Assembly: GCA_963693365.1 (NCBI GenBank)
Contig: CAVNZM010000002.1
Location: 9,397,059-9,461,058 of the forward strand
Direction of reading: 5' to 3'
Origin: Amoebidium appalachense
Taxonomy: Eukaryota > Protista > Ichthyosporea
DNA length: 64,000 bases
In this document: positions 58,031-64,000 of the stretch, piece after piece
Layout of the letters: each line of letters begins with the position of its first letter
Numbering within the stretch: the stretch's first letter is position 1
The notes under the pieces: model-generated
Databases searched by the model: none
What the model was told of the DNA's origin: nothing
Seen by the model: the letters and a program-made list of their open reading frames with translations, nothing else
Translations under genes and position numbers: made by a program

Positions 58031-58167
58031 TGCAGTGCATAGCACCGTGCTATCAAGTTGTGCCTGCCATATATCTCATGCAATATGTATATCTTGATTG
58101 ACTCTTATGCATGCCATCTTTCTGTTATTGACGTAAATCAATGTCTCCATCCGTGTCTGTGTGTGTG

Positions 58168-58204
<37 letters not shown>

Positions 58205-58413
58205 TGTGTGTCTGTGTGTGTGTGTGTGTGTGTGTCTGTGTGTGTGTGTGTGTGCGTGTCTAACAATCAATCGTAATCTCTCAAGTGCTTCCAGTACAGT
58301 ATGCGTCCGCGCGTAACATACCGCCCCGACAAGGGTCGAGGTCGTTATGTTAAATTTTAATTAGTATCTAAAAATAGGCTCCCAGAGCCCGTCTCGATTA
58401 TGTTACCCCCCCC

Positions 58414-58445
<32 letters not shown>

Positions 58446-58727
58446 CCCGCCCGCCCGCCCGCCCGCCCGCCCGCCCGCCCTCCCGCCCGCCCAGGAGGCC
58501 ACACTGGGCCTCTCCATCGGGCGGGGAATCGGCAAACCGCTAAATGACATAAATATGGTAGTAAACAAATAATAAATTGATTAAATGAATGAATAAACAA
58601 AGAATACTTATACTAGTTCCTTTTTGAGATGGTGCAAAAAAAAAAAAGGGAAATTCGGAAAAAAAAAAAAAAAAAAAAAACTTTGAAAAAAAAAAAAAAA
58701 AAAAAGAAGCTGAAAGCGTGAAAGCCT

Positions 58728-58933
<206 letters not shown>

Positions 58934-59116
58934 AAATCTAAATCAATACTTGAAAGTCTAGCTATAGCATTTAGTACATCAAGTCCCCCCCCCCCCCCCC
59001 CCCTCCCCTCCTCCCCAACCCGCTAAATAAGTAAATATAGAGGAAATCAATAAGTAATTGATTCAAATAATAATAAAAACATACGAATTTTTTTCATGGG
59101 GACCAAACCAAAAAAG

Positions 59117-59152
<36 letters not shown>

Positions 59153-59363
59153 CAACTCATACAAACAAGGACGTACTAGTCTTTCTGCTCCCTCACACCT
59201 TACTCTCACACCTTACGAATTTGGCACCACACACCTACACGAGTAAGAGGCAACCCCTCCCCCTTCGCCTCATACAAATCCGTATTCAGGGTTTCATCAA
59301 GCTCCAAACCATTACCGTAACTCACACGGAAAAGAAACCCCCTTTTCTGGGCACCAAACACTA

Positions 59364-59736
59364 TCACCCCACGCAGCCAGCCCACCAAACTAAACCTGCG
59401 CATGATCTCACACCCATGCACCCAAAATCGAACATCGTCTTCTGCCCAGGCTTACTGGCAGCCTTTTTCAGCGATTCCGCGCGTGTGGGGGCTCTGCGGC
59501 TCTCTAAACTCTCCATGTGCGAGCGCAATTGTGCTTTTGCCGTTTCGGCTTGTGCAATTGCACGTGTGGTTGCGTTGTTGATTGTGTTGTTTGCGTTTAC
59601 AAAACCCTCAGAAATGATTGCTTGGGCTTCTTGGGTAGTTTCCTGAAACTTGTCTGTGGCCTCATTTACTGTGTGCAGTGCACTATTCAACGCCCCCAAG
59701 TGCAGCTGCCTGCACCTGGACTACTGGCTTGGTCAT
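59364..59736 (-). CDS. Small Ala/Thr/Glu-rich helical hypothetical protein (possibly frameshifted, or a terminal exon)
   Basis: Open frame ALNSALHTVNEATDKFQETTQEAQAIISEGFVNANNTINNATTRAIAQAETAKAQLRSHMESLE has coding-like amphipathic composition. An upstream ATG at 59736 is one base out of frame at a G5 run. Confidence 0.45.
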
Positions 59737-61025
59737 GATCGGTGGGTTTAATATGCATTCAACCTGCCTATATGACTAGGATGTAAAAACTAGCTATACA
59801 AGACTGCTTCGAACTAGTTGGGGCCTTCGTATGTTTCTGCTCGTTTATCGACATAGTCGGCCACATGAGTCCTTTGCATACCATGCGATGTGCGGCCGCC
59901 GCCTATCATTGGCCCTGGCGAGCTTTGGGCGGTCGCTGAAATCACGGCGAACCACTGTTTTGTCTGGGAAAGAGATCGAAATACTAAAGATAGGGGGTCT
60001 AAACTGACCAGATAAACCCGATTACTCGTCCTACTATGTATAGGACCCCTTGGTGCGCTAACATAATCCCGAAAAATGACCGAGGTCAGTATGTTAAGAT
60101 TTTTTGAAAATCGGCGTCGACGTTATGTTGTGCGCGGAGTATGTTACGCGCGGACGCATACTGTATGCACAAATTGGCATTTGGGGGCTGGGGGTCTAAC
60201 AGTCAATCGGAATCTCTCCGACTCAAACACTATCTCGCAACCGAACAACATAAATATCTTCAGCTGGTCTCGGCCAAGAACCATGGCAGGGTTATAAGCA
60301 ATCCAACAACACAACTATATATCTAACATGAAACCCCCCCCCCCCCCCCCCTCCAAGGGGGAGCAGGGGGGGGGGGGGGGGAGGCGGGGGTTTGAGGAGA
60401 AGAGATCCGCAGTGAAGCACGGAACACGACGTCGACAAAAAAGGTGGGGAGGGGGGGGGGGGGGGGGGGAGTGAGAGAGACGACCCACTATCATAGTTCT
60501 CCACTTTTTATTATTATACATGCCCGCGTTTGCCTTTCAGCTTCAGATATCCACTGTACACTGCATAAAAAGATATCGTTTTACTTGTGGTGGCAGTCAC
60601 AAATACGCCGTGAAGAATAGAAAGAATCCACGCTACCGCTGATCAAAATAATATGATACGTAGCTGGCAATGGTGATGTAGAAAGTAGAAAAGCATAATA
60701 CATGGATGTTTCCCTTGTGAAAAAGTTTAGTTTGAATCCACTTCGCAGACTTTTATCCTACTATTCTACAACTACGCACGACCCAAACAATCACCACCAC
60801 TAAAAAGAAAAAGAAAGAAAGGAAAGAAGGAGAAAGAAAGGATGAAATGAAGTGAAAGGGAGGAGAAGGAAAGGACAGGCAAGGCAAACAAAAATAGCCT
60901 AATTATAAGGATGTAAGAGGGGAAAAAAAGAAGAGAAAGAGGGTTTGATAGAACTTATTCTTTTTCTTTCTTTCTTTCTTTTTTATTATTATTTTTTTAT
61001 TATTTATTTATTTATTTATTATTTT

Positions 61026-61056
<31 letters not shown>

Positions 61057-61236
61057 GGGACAAAAAACAAAACAAAAAGCAAAAACTTTAGAAAGAAAGA
61101 AAGAAAGAAAGAAAGGAAAAATATAAGAGGAAACCTTTCACCCTCTCGGTGCCTGCCAGCGGCACTATGTATGGGTATATTTATCCGTTCACACCACTAG
61201 GTTGGCATATATTTTCTACAACTACCTCACCTATTT

Positions 61237-63654
<2,418 letters not shown>

Positions 63655-64000
63655 CTGTGCGCATAAGAAAAATAAAAAAAACAATAAAAAAAACAAACAA
63701 ACAAAAAAAAACCCGGAAAATCTCAGCAAAAAACAGGTATATAGGTGGTCTAGTTCGTGTATGCTCCTCTACAACAAGTTAAAGGAAAAGGGGTTTTCCC
63801 ATGTCAGGTGTGCATTGTGACGTCACAAGCAGCACGTGTGCGCTGTGTTCTGTTAAGCGATTCTGATTGGTTAGTCATCATACACTGGGTGTGGGCGTGC
63901 AAGAGCGTGGGAAATCGAAACATGCGATTGGTGAATTCGTATACTGGTTTTGGGGATGCTTTTATCTTCTCATAGACTCCTTTCACCCATTCAGACATGG

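Noticed and set aside
58313-58406. GTAACATA...TATGTTAC inverted ends as a MITE
   Set aside because: Only 8-bp inverted ends, no target-site duplication and no second copy in the window.

Overview
Intron-rich eukaryotic genomic DNA, probably from a protist or microbial eukaryote (organism not identifiable from sequence). It is saturated with (GT/CA)n, (GA/CT)n and poly-G/C tracts, which generate most of the supplied ORF track as artefacts. Genes reconstructed by hand: a divergent PI3K-family kinase on the minus strand (runs off the left end; DLS replaces DFG); two paralogous class II histone deacetylase copies with intron-free catalytic regions, both frame-disrupted; a complete 34-exon strumpellin/WASHC5 gene (minus, 1162 aa, one GC-AG intron); a divergently transcribed 4-coding-exon bZIP factor with an atypical basic region; a small helical-protein ORF; and the 3' end of a plant-type GH35 beta-galactosidase (runs off the right end). 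Most notable non-genic signals: (i) three 23-34 bp palindromic inserts with CACGG...CCGTG ends, each flanked by its own 8-9 bp direct repeat, resembling P-element-type excision footprints; (ii) a strand-specific intron architecture with poly-C next to often weak donors and C/CA-rich acceptors; (iii) repeated duplication of splice junctions (ghost exon starts and an 18-bp array of a 5' splice site); (iv) a nested higher-order repeat that may hide decayed WD40 exons; (v) a tRNA-like Pol III element and a dispersed ~200-bp intronic repeat.
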